From Octopus sinensis (Eukaryota), in NCBI RefSeq assembly GCF_006345805.1, contig NW_021833077.1, forward strand, positions 1 through 64,000: a stretch of DNA of 64,000 bases, in the 5' to 3' direction. Position 1 is the first letter of the stretch, and the number at the start of each line of letters is the position of its first letter. The translations under genes were made by a program, and so were the position numbers. Below are positions 24,540 through 38,109 of the stretch, piece by piece. Under the pieces are notes generated by a model. The model did not search any database. It was not told the origin of the DNA and was given only the letters and a program-made list of their open reading frames with translations.

Positions 24540-24684
24540 ATCGATTTTCGTAATTTTTTCAAGAGTTATACACGCCCTGATACCGTCGGTATCTACATAT
24601 CAAATTTGAGTGCAATTGGATGGTGGATACCCGAGATCCTAGAAAGCACACACAGACAGACAGAACGGATTTTATATAATAGAT
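24540..24684. mobile_element. Possible Helentron/DINE-like non-autonomous end
   Basis: caaatttgagtgcaattggatgg...cagacagacag...ttttatataatagat pattern. Recognition only. Confidence 0.25.
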
Positions 24685-24911
24685 TTGCGTAACGTTTCTA
24701 TTCTTGATCATCTAACATTTTGTTCGCCGTCGGTTTGCATTTGTTGTGTTTTTCTACACGTACTTTCTTCAGTAAGAATCTGTTGCTTATTCTTGGTCTC
24801 TATTAGTGGAAACCATGCTTGAAAGATTACGCATTAATATAACTGAATAATGTTTTTTAAAACGATCACTACCGTCGGACGAACGGGAAAGCGAAACTCT
24901 GTATAATAGTT

Positions 24912-25212
24912 TGTGGAGGCACATGGCCTAGTGGTTATAGCAGTGGACTCGCGGTCGAGGCATCGCGGGTTCGAATCTAAGACCGGGCGATGTGTGTGTG
25001 TGTTTATGAGCGGAACACCTAGGCTCCACGCGGCTCCGGCAGAAGATGATGGCGAACTTCTGCTGACTCTTTTGCCACAACTTTCTCTCACTCTTTCTTC
25101 CTGCATCTTGCAGCTCACCTGCGACGGACCGGCGTCCCGACCAGGTGGGGAACCTATACGCCAAGGAAACCGGGAAACCGGCCCTTATTAGCCAGGAATG
25201 GCTCGAGAAGGA
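24912..25212 (+). mobile_element. SINE family C2
   Basis: Head tggcctagtgg / ggttcgaatc; tail ctgcgacggaccggcgtcccgaccagg. Confidence 0.85.
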
Positions 25213-25329
25213 TTGTGAAGATTATGCGCATATACACATAAGCGGATATGCACACACACATATATGAGTGTGTTGGGCTGTACCTTCCCCTGTAATTAGT
25301 TTGCTATTTACCATTACGTTAATTATCTA

Positions 25330-25896
25330 ATCATTCTCCTCCTCCCTTTCTCTCTCTACGCTATTCTGGCTCTCTCTCTCTCCTCACTAACGAAATATTT
25401 CTTTTTTTACTCTTCACCTTCCTCTCATTATTTGCTTAATCACATACACACTCTCTATCTCTTTTATTTTCTCTTTCTCTTCCTCTCCTTCTCTCACTAT
25501 CTCTCTTTCTCTTTTTTCTCTTTCCCCCTCTCCACTGCCTGCTTCTTTTTCACTTTCTTTCGCTCGTTCTCTTTTCCCGTTTCTCCCGTATTATAATTCC
25601 CCCCCCTTACTCTCTCTTCCAATATAGTCGTTTCTCTCTCTCTCCTTTTCTATCCCACTTTCTCTCTCTTTCTCTATTTTTCTCTCTTTATTTATTCCTC
25701 TCTTTATTTATTCCTCTCAATGTCTTCATTTCTCTCTCTCCCATATCGTGACAGTTTCTGTTTTACTCTCTCCATCTCTCTCTCTCTCTCTCTTCCTCTT
25801 TTTATGTATTTCTTTCCCACATCTGTTATTTCTCGCCTTCCTTTTCTGGCTATTTGCCTCTCAACGTCAAACTCACCTCTTTCTTTCTGACTCCCA

Positions 25897-25982
<86 letters not shown>

Positions 25983-26000
25983 TTATCTATCTATCTATCT

Positions 26001-26035
<35 letters not shown>

Positions 26036-26040
26036 CTATT
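25330..26040. repeat. CT-rich tract plus (TATC)n
   Basis: Visible low-complexity run. Confidence 0.9.
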
Positions 26041-26601
26041 TCACTGTTTTACCCTCATTTAATACATTTTTGCTGTATGTTCTTCAAATTGGTGTCAGAG
26101 TATAATACTGCACTTTTAAACGAGATCTGTCGTGTTTAACACCCATTAATGTTGACATCACACACACACACACTCACACACATATGTACATACACACATA
26201 CATACATAATACATACATACACACACACATACATACATACATACATATTGTCTTTCAGATGTACAAATCTGCAGAAAGTGTTAAATGCGCGAACCAACCA
26301 TGTGTAGGCGGCGAGTGATTGCGTGTTTAAATACATACAAAATTCCACAATGTCTTCATACTAGCAGAACTGTATATCTGTTTATGTGTGTTTGTATAAA
26401 CTTCGTGTCTACACATTCATGAAATTATATACATGTGCGCTTGCATTTTTATGTGGAGCGTATGTATATATGTATGCATGTATGTATGTATGTATGTATG
26501 TATGTATGTATGTATGTATGTATGTATGCCTATGCGGGGTGTTCATAAATTATCTTTACAACTTACATAATTTATTGCATCTACTAAAGTAGAGATCCAT
26601 C

Positions 26602-27387
26602 TTATTTTTACTACCCACAAGGGGCTACACACAGAGGGAACAAACCAGGACAAACAAATGGATTAAGTCGATTATATCGATCCAGTGCATAACTGGTACA
26701 TATTTAATTGACCCCAAAAGGATGAAAGGCAAAGTCGACCTCGGTGGAATTCGAACTCAGAACGTAGCGGCAGACGAAATACCTATTCCTTTACTACCTA
26801 CAAGAGGCTAAACATAGAGGGGACAAACCAGGACAAACAAATGGATTAAGTCGATTATATCGACCCAGTGCATAACTGGTACATATTTAATTGACCCCAA
26901 AAGGATGAAAGGCAAAGTCGACCTCGGTGTAATTTGAACTCAGAACGTAGCGGCAGACGAAATACCTATTCCTTTACTACCTACAAGAGGCTAAACATAG
27001 AGTGGACAAACAAGGACAGACAAGGGGATTAAGTCGATTACATCGACACCAGTACGTAACTGGTACTTATTTAATCGACCTCGAAAAGATGAAAGGCAAA
27101 GTCGACCTCGGCGGAATTTGAACTCAGAACGTAACGACAGACGAAATACCTATTTCTATTTCTTTATTACCCACAAGGGGCTAAACATAGAGGGGACAAA
27201 CATGGACAGACATAGGTATTAAGTCGATTATATCGACCCCAGTGCTTAACTGGTACTTAATTTATCGACCCCGAAAGGATGAAAGGTAGAGTCGGCCTCG
27301 GCGGAATTTGAGCTCACAACGTAACGGCAGACGAAATACTGCTAAGCATTTCGTCCGGCGTGCTAACGTTTCTGCCAGCTCGCCGCC
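26602..27387 (-). mobile_element. SINE family B tetramer
   Basis: Junctions near 26783, 26966 and 27150 (period 183-184); single head at 27335-27387. Confidence 0.9.
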
Positions 27388-28090
27388 TTCATATACATAT
27401 TTGTTTATGTTTCTCTCTTTCTGTGAGTGTGTGTTCTTGTGCATGTCCATGTATATATATATCAAAGAGAAGCTGAAAGAAATAAAGATGAAGAAAACGA
27501 AAAAAGAATGAAAAGATGACAAAAGAAAGAAGTAAAAATAAAAGAGGAAAGAAAAACGAAGAAAGGCAGAGGGGAATAGAGCGATGTACGTAGTAATTCT
27601 TGCTTATAATTGGTTATGCAATTAAGAAGCATATGTTTCCTGGTTTAGTCCCATGCCGTGACATTTTGGCCAAGTATTTACTACGTTAGGCTCGGTTTTA
27701 TCAATATCTTCAGAGTGAAATTTGATATCGCAAGACGTTGCACGAACATCTCGCATATCGTCTGTATTTCATGCATGCGCCCTCCCGTGTGTATATCTTC
27801 TATCTTTTACTTGTTGCAATGACTGCACTGCAGCTATACTTGGGAACCGACTTCATGGGTTTAGTCAAGCAAATCCACCCCAGTAGTAATTTTTAAATCT
27901 GACACCTATTCTTTTGGTCACTTAGAGGCAAAACCTCTAAGATACAGGCGCGTAAAGAAACAACACTGGTAGACAGGCGGTAGGGAAACAAAGAGAAGCA
28001 TAGAAATACATACTAACACAAATGCACACACACGCACGCTAACACTCACACGCACACACACCTATGCACACGCAGATGTTTGTGTGTTTG

Positions 28091-28198
28091 TAGGATTGGT
28101 TGTGTGGTAAGAGGCTTGCTTCTCTACCACATGGTTCCGTGTTCAGTGTCACTGCGTGGCACCTTGCGTGTCTTCTACTATAGCCTCGGGCCGACCTT
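28091..28198 (+). mobile_element. SINE family A head fragment
   Basis: ggttgtgtggtaag...gtggcaccttg..gtcttctactatagcctcgggccgacc. Confidence 0.75.
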
Positions 28199-28319
28199 AT
28201 ATATATATATCTATATATTTATATCTGTAAATATAAATATAAATATAAATAAATATCTGTAAATATAAACCATCTAATTTTCTGTGTACCTCATTTCTTC
28301 TAATATATATATATATTAT

Positions 28320-28365
<46 letters not shown>

Positions 28366-28367
28366 GG

Positions 28368-28447
<80 letters not shown>

Positions 28448-28482
28448 CAATATATATATATATATATAATATATATACATAT

Positions 28483-28528
<46 letters not shown>

Positions 28529-28542
28529 TATATAGTTAATCC

Positions 28543-28947
28543 TAAAGACATCCTGTACAGTGAACTCACCACGGGATCCCGACCCAAGGGACGTCCACAG
28601 CTACGATACAGGGATGTGTGCAAGCGCGACCTGAGGACTGCCAACATCTGTGTGGACACGTGGGAGGAAACAGCTGCTGACCGCTCTGCCTGGCGTCGGA
28701 CGGTGAGGAAGGGCGTTTCCATGGCTGAGGAAAGGAGAGCACAATTGTGGTTGGACAGGCGGGACAGGAAGAGGACAACTGCAGCAACACCCCAGACGTA
28801 CCCATCGATGTTCGTGTGCAGCAACTGTACCAAGGACTGCCACTCCAGAATTGGACTGTTCAGTCACAGCAGACGCTGCTCGTCATCAAAGTAGGCCCCA
28901 CCCTTGGCGCAACCCATTGTCTATCAAGACAGACGGGGAAAACAACA
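28543..28947 (+). mobile_element. 5'-truncated RTE-clade LINE
   Basis: [29 protein letters not shown]...DRSAWR...[21 protein letters not shown]; 11-bp TSD atagttaatcc at 28532-28542 and 28948-28958. Confidence 0.9.
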
Positions 28948-29151
28948 ATAGTTAATCCAAACAAGAAAGCACAAGAAACACAACAATGCGAGGACGTGGA
29001 ACAAATATAGTATTATTGGACGCTCAGGAAAGAAGGAAATAAGGAGGGTTTAACGTTTCGAGCGGAGCTCTTCGTCGGAAACATAGGAGAAGGAAAGATC
29101 CAGAGAAGGGAAGACAGAGGAAAAAAAATTGCCAACGGTAACACACGAGGT

Positions 29152-29160
<9 letters not shown>
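28948..29160 (-). mobile_element. Repeat family F (Penelope-like terminal repeat candidate)
   Basis: Reverse complement of 34280-34500; contains a minimal hammerhead motif. Confidence 0.6.
29048..29082 (-). ncRNA. Minimal type I hammerhead-like motif (U4C core variant)
   Basis: guuu-CCGACGA-a-gagc-ucc-gcuc-GAAAC-GUU-aaac. Confidence 0.5.
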
Positions 29161-29215
<55 letters not shown>

Positions 29216-29251
29216 ACCTCGTGTGTACCGTTGGCAATTTTTTTTCCTCTG

Positions 29252-29293
<42 letters not shown>

Positions 29294-29299
29294 ACAAAG

Positions 29300-29560
29300 T
29301 GGGACAAGAACACAAAACATCCGGACAACTGGGTGATACAAAAAGGACGGGTCTTTCGAAGTTTTCTATCTTCAGTCGAGAACCAGATTATCCTCACAAT
29401 TTCGGCTGGTTATTCTTGAGATTGCTCCAATCTGGCCAGCCCCAAGGAAAAACTAAGTTAAGAGCATTAGATTCCTCGGAAGAAAGCATCGAATGTATAC
29501 AAAAACAAGGACGGAAAAAACGGATAATGTTACACAAATATAAATACAATAAAAATTAAA
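29300..29560 (+). mobile_element. Unclassified repeat, inverse homolog of 32840-33060
   Basis: Shared ttgctccaatctggccagccccaaggaaaaactaag..agagcattagattcc segment. Strand label is arbitrary. Confidence 0.65.
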
Positions 29561-29716
29561 ATAATACGACAAAAATAACAACAGGACATTGCAACGGATG
29601 TCTTTCGACTAAGGACGAATAGAATTCAGCTGGCACGTGTGGAAATGAAGCCTTATCTCTGCCGTAAAGGTTAGGGTTATGTTATATATATGTGTGTATA
29701 CACACACCACACACAC

Positions 29717-29801
<85 letters not shown>

Positions 29802-29808
29802 ATATATA

Positions 29809-30354
29809 CAGGGTTATTCAAAGATAATGAACCGATTTCATTACGCAATATTTTAATAAAGAAAAGCAATAAAAAACTCCACCTAGGTCACAAGTATTCA
29901 CTCACAATTAACTTTTATTTCTTGCCTTACAAGTGTTCGATGACCACCACCTCCAAATCGGGCAACATCATTGCGATAAGCGAATGCCTCCCAGACGCAT
30001 ATCAGCATATCGCGATCCACGGACCACTTCTTAGGCTGTCTGTTTAAATGCTTTATCGGAGTTTTTCCATTTCCCTTACATGTCAATATCTTTTGGAATC
30101 GCTTCAAACAAAGTAAATTTATTCTTTAGTTCCATAATAAATTTGCTTTTGATATGCTGGTACCGTTTGGGAGGAATTCTCTTATCACATTGATGTTGCC
30201 CCTGCTGCAGGTGGTGGCCACATTGAACACTTGTAAGACAGGAAATAAAAGTTGATTGTAAGTAACTACTTGTGACTTAGCTGGAGTTTTCTATTGCTTT
30301 CCCTTATTAAAATATTGCGTAAGGAAATCGGTTCATCAGTTTTGAATAACCCTG
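29809..30354. mobile_element. Tc1/mariner-derived MITE with about 150-bp TIRs
   Basis: cagggttattcaaa...tttgaataaccctg, TA/CA flanks. Both arms include the transposase end; HIDVAPAAGGGHIEHL* at 30186-30236. Confidence 0.85.
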
Positions 30355-30604
30355 CATATATATATATATATACATAAACATAATATTATATATAATTACA
30401 TATATACTTATATTTACATATGTATTACTTATATTTAGATGTATATACATACATATGTGTGTGTATAAATATATGTATATATATATATATATGATATAAA
30501 TACTCACATATATATGTATATATATACATAAGTACATATATATGTGGTGGGGTGTATATATACTTATATATATATGCATATATATATCATATATATATAT
30601 ATAT

Positions 30605-30671
<67 letters not shown>

Positions 30672-31249
30672 ATATATGCACATACACACATACATACATA
30701 TGTGTGAGGAGAAGAGTGTACGTGTGTGTGTCTGTGTGTATGTCATTATGTATGCATCTGTATACACGAGTTCGAGCGTGTTTGTATGTGGTGGTATATA
30801 TTGGACTTAAAATCATGGTAAACCTTACAAAAAGCAAGTCCAGGTGAGAGAAAAGAAACGCACACACACACACGTAAGTAACTTATCAGTCGTGCTAGAT
30901 ATGGCTTACTCCTCCGAATGCCTATCCAGTGCTGACAGCTAATTAACTTTACGCACACGTTCTTTTATGTGTTTGCAATGCTTTATACACACACACACAT
31001 ACATACATACATACATACATACATACTCATACATACATACATACTTACATACATACATATATACATACTTACATACATACTTACATAATACATACATACA
31101 TACATACATACTACATACATACATACATACATACATACATACATACACGCACGCATACAAGGCAGCAAACCCTGTCTGGTAAATTCGTTCGGGAATCGCT
31201 GATATAAATAGGGCTAATCCGTTCCAATGTAACGTCCCGAGTCATGTAG

Positions 31250-31465
31250 ATTCATAGAGCCTTTTCCTGGTTTCCGTGGCGCATATAGTTCCCTCTTGAC
31301 AGGACGCCGGTCCGTCGCAGGAATGGTCACTTTTGCCAGCTGAGTGGACTGGAGCAACGTGAAATGAAGTGCTTTGCTCGAGAACACATCGCGTCGCCCG
31401 TTCCAGGAATCGAAACCACAATCTTACGATCATGGTGCTGACACCGTAACGACTAAGCCGCACGC

Positions 31466-31469
<4 letters not shown>
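31250..31469 (-). mobile_element. SINE family C
   Basis: Reverse-complement homolog of 54893-55151. Confidence 0.8.
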
Positions 31470-31525
<56 letters not shown>

Positions 31526-31859
31526 ACACACACACACAAACAAACACACACTCACACTCGCACACACATATATGTATGTATGTATATAGATACGGACACA
31601 ATGAGTTAGTGATTACGGGTGCTTATGCTGTGTGTTGTAAGACGACTGGGAGTGACGCACATTTTAACAATTGTTAAAGCATGTTTTGGAGTCTCTTGTG
31701 TCTGTTAATGAGGGTCTTTGCGATCATGGGCAGCTGTTTACCTCAGACTTTGTTTGAAACATGCACTATTGACTACAATATTCTAATCGTCATATTCGCT
31801 TAGTCAATCAACGAACTGAAACTCATGAGTTCACGCATGTTTGCATATATATACATACA

Positions 31860-31922
<63 letters not shown>

Positions 31923-31937
31923 TGGATATATATATAC

Positions 31938-31984
<47 letters not shown>

Positions 31985-32040
31985 AATATACATACATATA
32001 CATATATATATATATATACACAATATACATATACATATAC

Positions 32041-32085
<45 letters not shown>

Positions 32086-32289
32086 GATATATATAATTAT
32101 ATATATTATATATATATATATAACAAATATACATATATTTAGATTTATATATATTTTTTTCTAGTTGCAGCTCAGAGCTGCGGCCATGCTGATGCACTGC
32201 CGTTTTGTGCTACACTGTTATTACGACGATCCTCGTCTAATATGTGGCACTTAGTGAAGAATGGAGTTTGATATAGCTGCTCTCATAAA

Positions 32290-32477
32290 AAAAGTTAGCA
32301 CGCCGGGCGGAATGCTTAGTATTTCGTTTGTTTTTAAGTTCTGGGTTAAAATTCCGCCGAGGTCGACTTTTCCTTTCATCCTTTCGAGGTCGATAAATTA
32401 AGTACCAGTTGCGTACAGGGGTCTATCTAATCCACTGGCTCCCTCCCACAAAATTGTGCCTAGAGTAGAAAAAATTT
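32290..32477 (+). mobile_element. SINE family B with alternative tail
   Basis: gttagcacgccgggcgg...ccgaggtcgacttttcctttcatcc...cccacaaaattgtgcctagagtagaaa. Confidence 0.8.
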
Positions 32478-32839
32478 TAACAACTTTTCGAGCCGGATAA
32501 GACATATGGTGTAATGATATGAGGACGACATCACATTCCTGCTTTCCTACGTTTATTTCGGTTACGTACGTATAGAAAGAGAACTTCAGTTCGATTTGCA
32601 ATCTTCGTTATGCGAATGCTACTCGTGAAATATATTAAAAGTAAACCAGGGCAATAAAGTGTTTTAAAAAATGGAACACGTCTTTTTTTTATCAAGAAAA
32701 AAAAATGTTCGTACAGTTCAAAATATATGCGAGCGTCATTGCGAAGAGGTTTAAGTGAATAATGAGGTTAACGTAAAGAAGAGTAATATATATATTTATA
32801 TGTGTGTGTGTGTGTGTGTGTGTGTTGTGTGTGTGTGTG

Positions 32840-33049
32840 TTGTGTGTAACATTGTCCGTTTTTTTCTCTCCTTGTTTTTGTATTCATTCGCTGCTTTCTT
32901 CCAAGGAATCTAATGCTCTTAGCTTAGTTTTTCCTTGGGGCTGGCCAGACTGGAGCAATCTGGAGCAAATGAGGAAAGAAAACTCCGAATGACCTATCCT
33001 TGTTTTCTTTGTATCGTCTATCTGGATGTTTTGTGTTCTTGTCCCATTT

Positions 33050-33060
<11 letters not shown>
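32840..33060 (-). mobile_element. Unclassified repeat, inverse homolog of 29300-29560
   Basis: See 29300-29560. Confidence 0.65.
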
Positions 33061-33086
<26 letters not shown>

Positions 33087-33142
33087 CGGCGTACGTACAG
33101 TTTGTTCGCTTAAATATATATATATATATATATATACATTCA

Positions 33143-33197
<55 letters not shown>

Positions 33198-33680
33198 ACA
33201 CATACATATACATAGCTACTGTTCAGCGCCAAGATTGGTTGGAAACTAAAACATTTATCAACAAAAGAAAATTAAAAGCTTTCTGAGATATACTATTTAG
33301 TAATGTAGCATGCTAAACTATTAAAATCCGTAAGGTGTTTACGTTTTCACGCAGAGAATTACTGCTAGCACATTTCAGATAGTAAGTTTGTGAGTGCTGA
33401 CACAACTAGCAGGATACATATGTGTTGGAAAAGTATCTGTTTGGTGTAAATAAATTTTCACTAATGTTTCTAATTCACTTTCTTCCCATGAACACTTTAA
33501 ATGGTCTAATGAATTCAGCGAAATCGTAGTTACACAGGAATTAATTTTACAAATAAAGCAATTACATGTGTTAAAATTAGAAAATGTTTGTATAACATAG
33601 GTTATTCTTAATCGTTCCCATCAGACAGACACATACACACACACAGACACATTATATAGCACTCTGTAAAAATCACTATG

Positions 33681-33731
<51 letters not shown>

Positions 33732-33744
33732 TCTCATTTACACA

Positions 33745-34134
33745 TTTACTTGTGTCAGTGATTTGACTGTGGCCATGCTGGAGCACTGCATTTAGTCGAG
33801 CAAATCGACCCCAGGACTTATTCTTTGTAAGCCTTGTACTTATTCTATCGGTCTCTTTTGCCGAACCGCTAAGTTACAGGGATGTAAACACACCAGCATC
33901 GGTTGTCAAGTGATGTTAGGAGAGGGGGCAAACACAGGCAAACAAACATATCCACACACATACATATATACAAAGGGCTTCTTTCAGTTTCCGTCTACCA
34001 AATCCACTCACAAGGCTTTGGTCGGCGCGAGGCTATAGTAGAAGACACTTGCCCAAGGTGCTACGCAGTAGGACTGAACCCGGAACTATGTGGTTGGTAA
34101 CCAAGCTACTTACCACACAGTCACTCCTACGCCT
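33745..34134 (-). mobile_element. SINE family A
   Basis: Full-length match to family A. Confidence 0.9.
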
Positions 34135-34179
34135 AGTGTTTATAGAATAAGTGTATGTACGTATATATATCTATATATG

Positions 34180-34263
<84 letters not shown>

Positions 34264-34279
34264 GTGTGTGTGTGTGTGT

Positions 34280-34500
34280 GTGACTACGGTATGTGACCTC
34301 GTCTGTACCACTGGCGATTTTTTTTCCTCTGTCCCTTCTCTGGATCTTTCCTTCTCCTATGTTTCCGACGAAGAGCTCCGCTCGAAACGTTAAACCCTCC
34401 TTCTCCCTTCTTTCCTGAGCGTCCAATAATACTTTATTTGTTCCACGTCCTCGCGTTGTTGTGTTTTTTGTTTTTGTTTTTGTTTTTGTTTGGATTAACT
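34280..34500 (+). mobile_element. Repeat family F
   Basis: Homolog of 28948-29160; embedded between (TG)n and (TA)n. Confidence 0.6.
34361..34395 (+). ncRNA. Minimal type I hammerhead-like motif (U4C core variant)
   Basis: gttt-ccgacga-a-gagc-tcc-gctc-gaaac-gtt-aaac; identical to the 29048-29082 motif. Confidence 0.5.
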
Positions 34501-34553
34501 TTATATATATATATAACGCACCCACACACACATTATATATATATATACGCATG

Positions 34554-34656
<103 letters not shown>

Positions 34657-35019
34657 AATATACATAAATATATATGCGTGTGTGTGTGTGTGTTTGTTTT
34701 TGTGTGTCTGTATACATCCGTTATATACTTGTATAGTCGGATAACTGTGTAATGCGATTGGTTGTTTGTTGCGTCTATGGCGCGGTATTTATACTCCATA
34801 CTGTTGTAGGTGCGGAATACTATTAATTTGTTTATGCTAAGTTGGTAAGTTAAAAGCAGTGGTATTCAGGCTGATCTTGATTGGTGGGGTTCCTTGATTA
34901 TCCCTAGAAATCCCTTTGTATCAGGAAAACCCAATCACTATCATTTTCCTTTTCCTTCTACTTCTGGGGTTGTATACAATGTATGCTTCCCTTCTTGTTA
35001 TGTATACCGTTTATACCGG

Positions 35020-35083
35020 TTTATTATTATTATTATCATCATTATTATTATCATCAACATCATCATCATCATCGTCATCATCA

Positions 35084-35150
<67 letters not shown>

Positions 35151-35214
35151 CATTATTATCATTATTATTATTATTATAATTATTATTATTATTATTATTA
35201 TTATTATCATTATT

Positions 35215-35245
<31 letters not shown>

Positions 35246-35253
35246 TATTATTA

Positions 35254-35284
<31 letters not shown>

Positions 35285-35658
35285 ATTCCATCATATGTAA
35301 ATCCCCACACTTTATTCCTGTTTTTGTATTGTCCCCCTCATCCTTCGCCCTTGTGGCACATAAAAGAGATCGTTATTATATCGTCAGCCATTAAGGAACA
35401 TGCTCGACTGGTTATGGTCAAACATCTAACTCACAAGTCTGTGATACTGAGCAGAATATTTGCTATGATTATTATGATTATTATTATTATTATTATTTAT
35501 TATTATTATTATTTATTATTATTTATTATTATTTATTATTATTTATTATTTATTATTTATTATTATTATTATATTATTATTATTATTTATTATTTATTAT
35601 TATTATTAATTATTATTAATTATTATTAATTATTATTATTATTATTATTATTATTATT
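35020..35658. repeat. (ATT/ATC)n tracts with a short family D remnant (about 35380-35465)
   Basis: Visible trinucleotide runs; atcgtcagccattaaggaacatgctcgactgg matches family D. Confidence 0.85.
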
Positions 35659-36206
35659 GAGTGAGAGAGCAGTTCATGCCATCAAAGTGACACTGGGGTA
35701 AAAATACGAAGCCCAATATACCCATCATGACTACCCGTCTGATAAGGTACACCAGGCACATGCATCACAACCATATGTGCGCGACATGGTGATCTCATAT
35801 CAGAGAAACAGCACATGACCTTGCAGGTGGGGCCCAGTTAGAATTTTCTTCAGGTTGAGTAGCCCATCCCGCTCAAACGGTCCTGAATAAGGTTGTTTAA
35901 GGATGTTGAAAGAACCACCCATGTTTCCAGAGGTGAACTATTCAAACCCCAAAGAATCCCTCTCAACACATGGCTATGATGCTCCCCCACTACTTCTGCT
36001 CGTGATCAGAGATGCACATATCGTCAGCCACTAAGGGACATGCTCAACTGGTTAAGGTCAAACAACTGACAAGCAAATCTGTGGTATTGAGCAGAATATT
36101 TGCTGTAGCCCATCTTTTATACCAAGACAAAACAATGTACATGTTAACACCTCCAATCAGTTAAGATCAGAAGCCATGAGAGCCACTGCCTGGTACTGCA
36201 TCAGGG

Positions 36207-36208
<2 letters not shown>
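35659..36208 (-). mobile_element. Unclassified repeat family D (longer copy), flanked by (ATT)n
   Basis: Homologous to 8271-8691; no ORF recognised. Strand is inferred. Confidence 0.75.
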
Positions 36209-36243
<35 letters not shown>

Positions 36244-36334
36244 TATTATTATTATTATTATTAATTATTATTAATTATTATTATTATTATTATTTATTAT
36301 TATTGATTATTATTATTATTATTATTATTATTAT

Positions 36335-36367
<33 letters not shown>

Positions 36368-36377
36368 TATTATTATT

Positions 36378-37865
36378 CCTTTATAACACAGTGTAGATAA
36401 AAATGTACCGGAGTCTTTAGTTATCTGTCAAGTCACAACAAGGACCTCAGATAGATAATACTTTCCTAAGATGTGCGCTGTGCCCAATAAGGCTGGTTTT
36501 TGCAAGACTTCAATCTTGCATGGGATTTCCAGTTGCCTTAAGAAGTCTTGAAGGTTCAATATGATTGAACCCAACGCTCCGATCACCACTGGTATCACTT
36601 TTACATTACCCTTTCGCATTCCATATAGTCTTGCCATTTCAATTTTCAATTCGAAACACTTGGTGATATTTTTCAACCATTTGGTATGGCTACAGCAATG
36701 ATCTGACAGTATTTGTCTCTCTTATTCAAGATGACAATATCCAGCCGACGGTGTTCCATCCTTCTGAAAATCATTGTCCCAGAGTATAGTTACTTTTCTA
36801 TCCACCTGCATGACTTTACTTAGTACATGCTCATACCAGTTCTCTGTTATTTCATACTGGTATTTACGACATAAGGGCCAATGAAGATACACACGCATTT
36901 TATCGTGGCGGCGCTTGTATTCTTTCTGTGCAAGGTTCTCACATCCACTTACCAAGTGGGTCACATTTTCCACACTCTTTCCACAGAGTTTGTATTTCTG
37001 GGTGTCAGAAGTTTTATAGATATTATACTTCACTGAATTGGTAGCGAGAGCCTTATTTTGTGCAGCAATGATCTGGCTTTCGGTGGTACACCTGAAATCA
37101 CCTTGCTCAAGCTATGCCCACGATGCTGTATTATCCTTAACGTCTTGTGTATTCCTTTCAAACTGTCCATGCATTCTAATTTCAAGGTCTTTTCTCTTCT
37201 CCTCAACTCTTTGGTTAAACTCTTCCTTGCCTACCTTTTCATCTGCATTTACACCCATATATTTCGTGGCATATTGCAGCAGGTCTTCATCACTATTTAT
37301 CAAATACTCGGCAAGCGTTCTCCTTTCACTCCTTATACAATGGTCCATACTAATTAGTCCTCTGCTACCATTCTTTCTTTTCATATACAGTCTGTTTACG
37401 TTTGCTTTAGGGTGTAGTGCCCCATGCAGTGTCATCAACTTTCTCATCCTTTTACTCAGTGTTGATATTTCCTCCTCAGGCCATTTAAGGATGGACGCAC
37501 TATATCTGACCACCGCAACCGCCCAGATATTCATTACGGTAATCAAATTTTTGGCATCCAGGTTGAATTTCAACACCATCTTCATCCTTTTTTGATACCA
37601 CTCGCTGACCTTGATTTTCATTTCTCTGTGTAGAATGTCATCCAGCTCCAAAATCCTTAAATATCTATACCCACTACCGTCGGGTTCACCCATGGTCTCT
37701 CCTGATGGTAACCGAAATCCTCTGCAAGCTGCTTTCTTCCCTCTTTTTATATTAAGTACTAAGCATTTGGTAATCCCGAATTCCATACCGACGTCCCTAC
37801 CACACTTCCAGACTGTTTTGGTTAAGGAATGTATCTTTCTATCTCTTTGTGTACATAGGAACATA
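36378..37865 (-). mobile_element. 5'-truncated R4/Dong-type LINE (RT C-terminal half, CCHC-like region, RLE)
   Basis: VGMEFGITKC; WAVAVVRYSA; HPKANVNRLYMKRKNGSRGL; LCGKSVENVTHLVSGCENLAQKEYKRRHD; ILWD; VIPVVIGALG; LQKPALLGTAHIL. The 3' end abuts (TAA)n; stops and frameshifts present. Confidence 0.9.
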
Positions 37866-37935
37866 TCTCTTTCTCTCTCCCCCGGTTGTCCCCCTCCTAC
37901 AGCTGTCTGCCACTTTATTTTCTACCACACACACA

Positions 37936-37966
<31 letters not shown>

Positions 37967-38109
37967 GCACGCACGTGTTCTATCAGAACGGTTTTCGAAA
38001 TGATTCGCATGACAAAATGCTAGCTAAATCGAAAACCAAATTTAAAAAATAGAATAATTGTGAAATATGCCACAGAACCACTGCTGGAAGCCAATGCTTT
38101 ATCGTCATA

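Noticed and set aside
29341-29379. Minus-strand CUGAAGA...CGAAA hammerhead candidate
   Set aside because: Stems I and II pair poorly and there is no U opposite A15.1; at best a decayed remnant.
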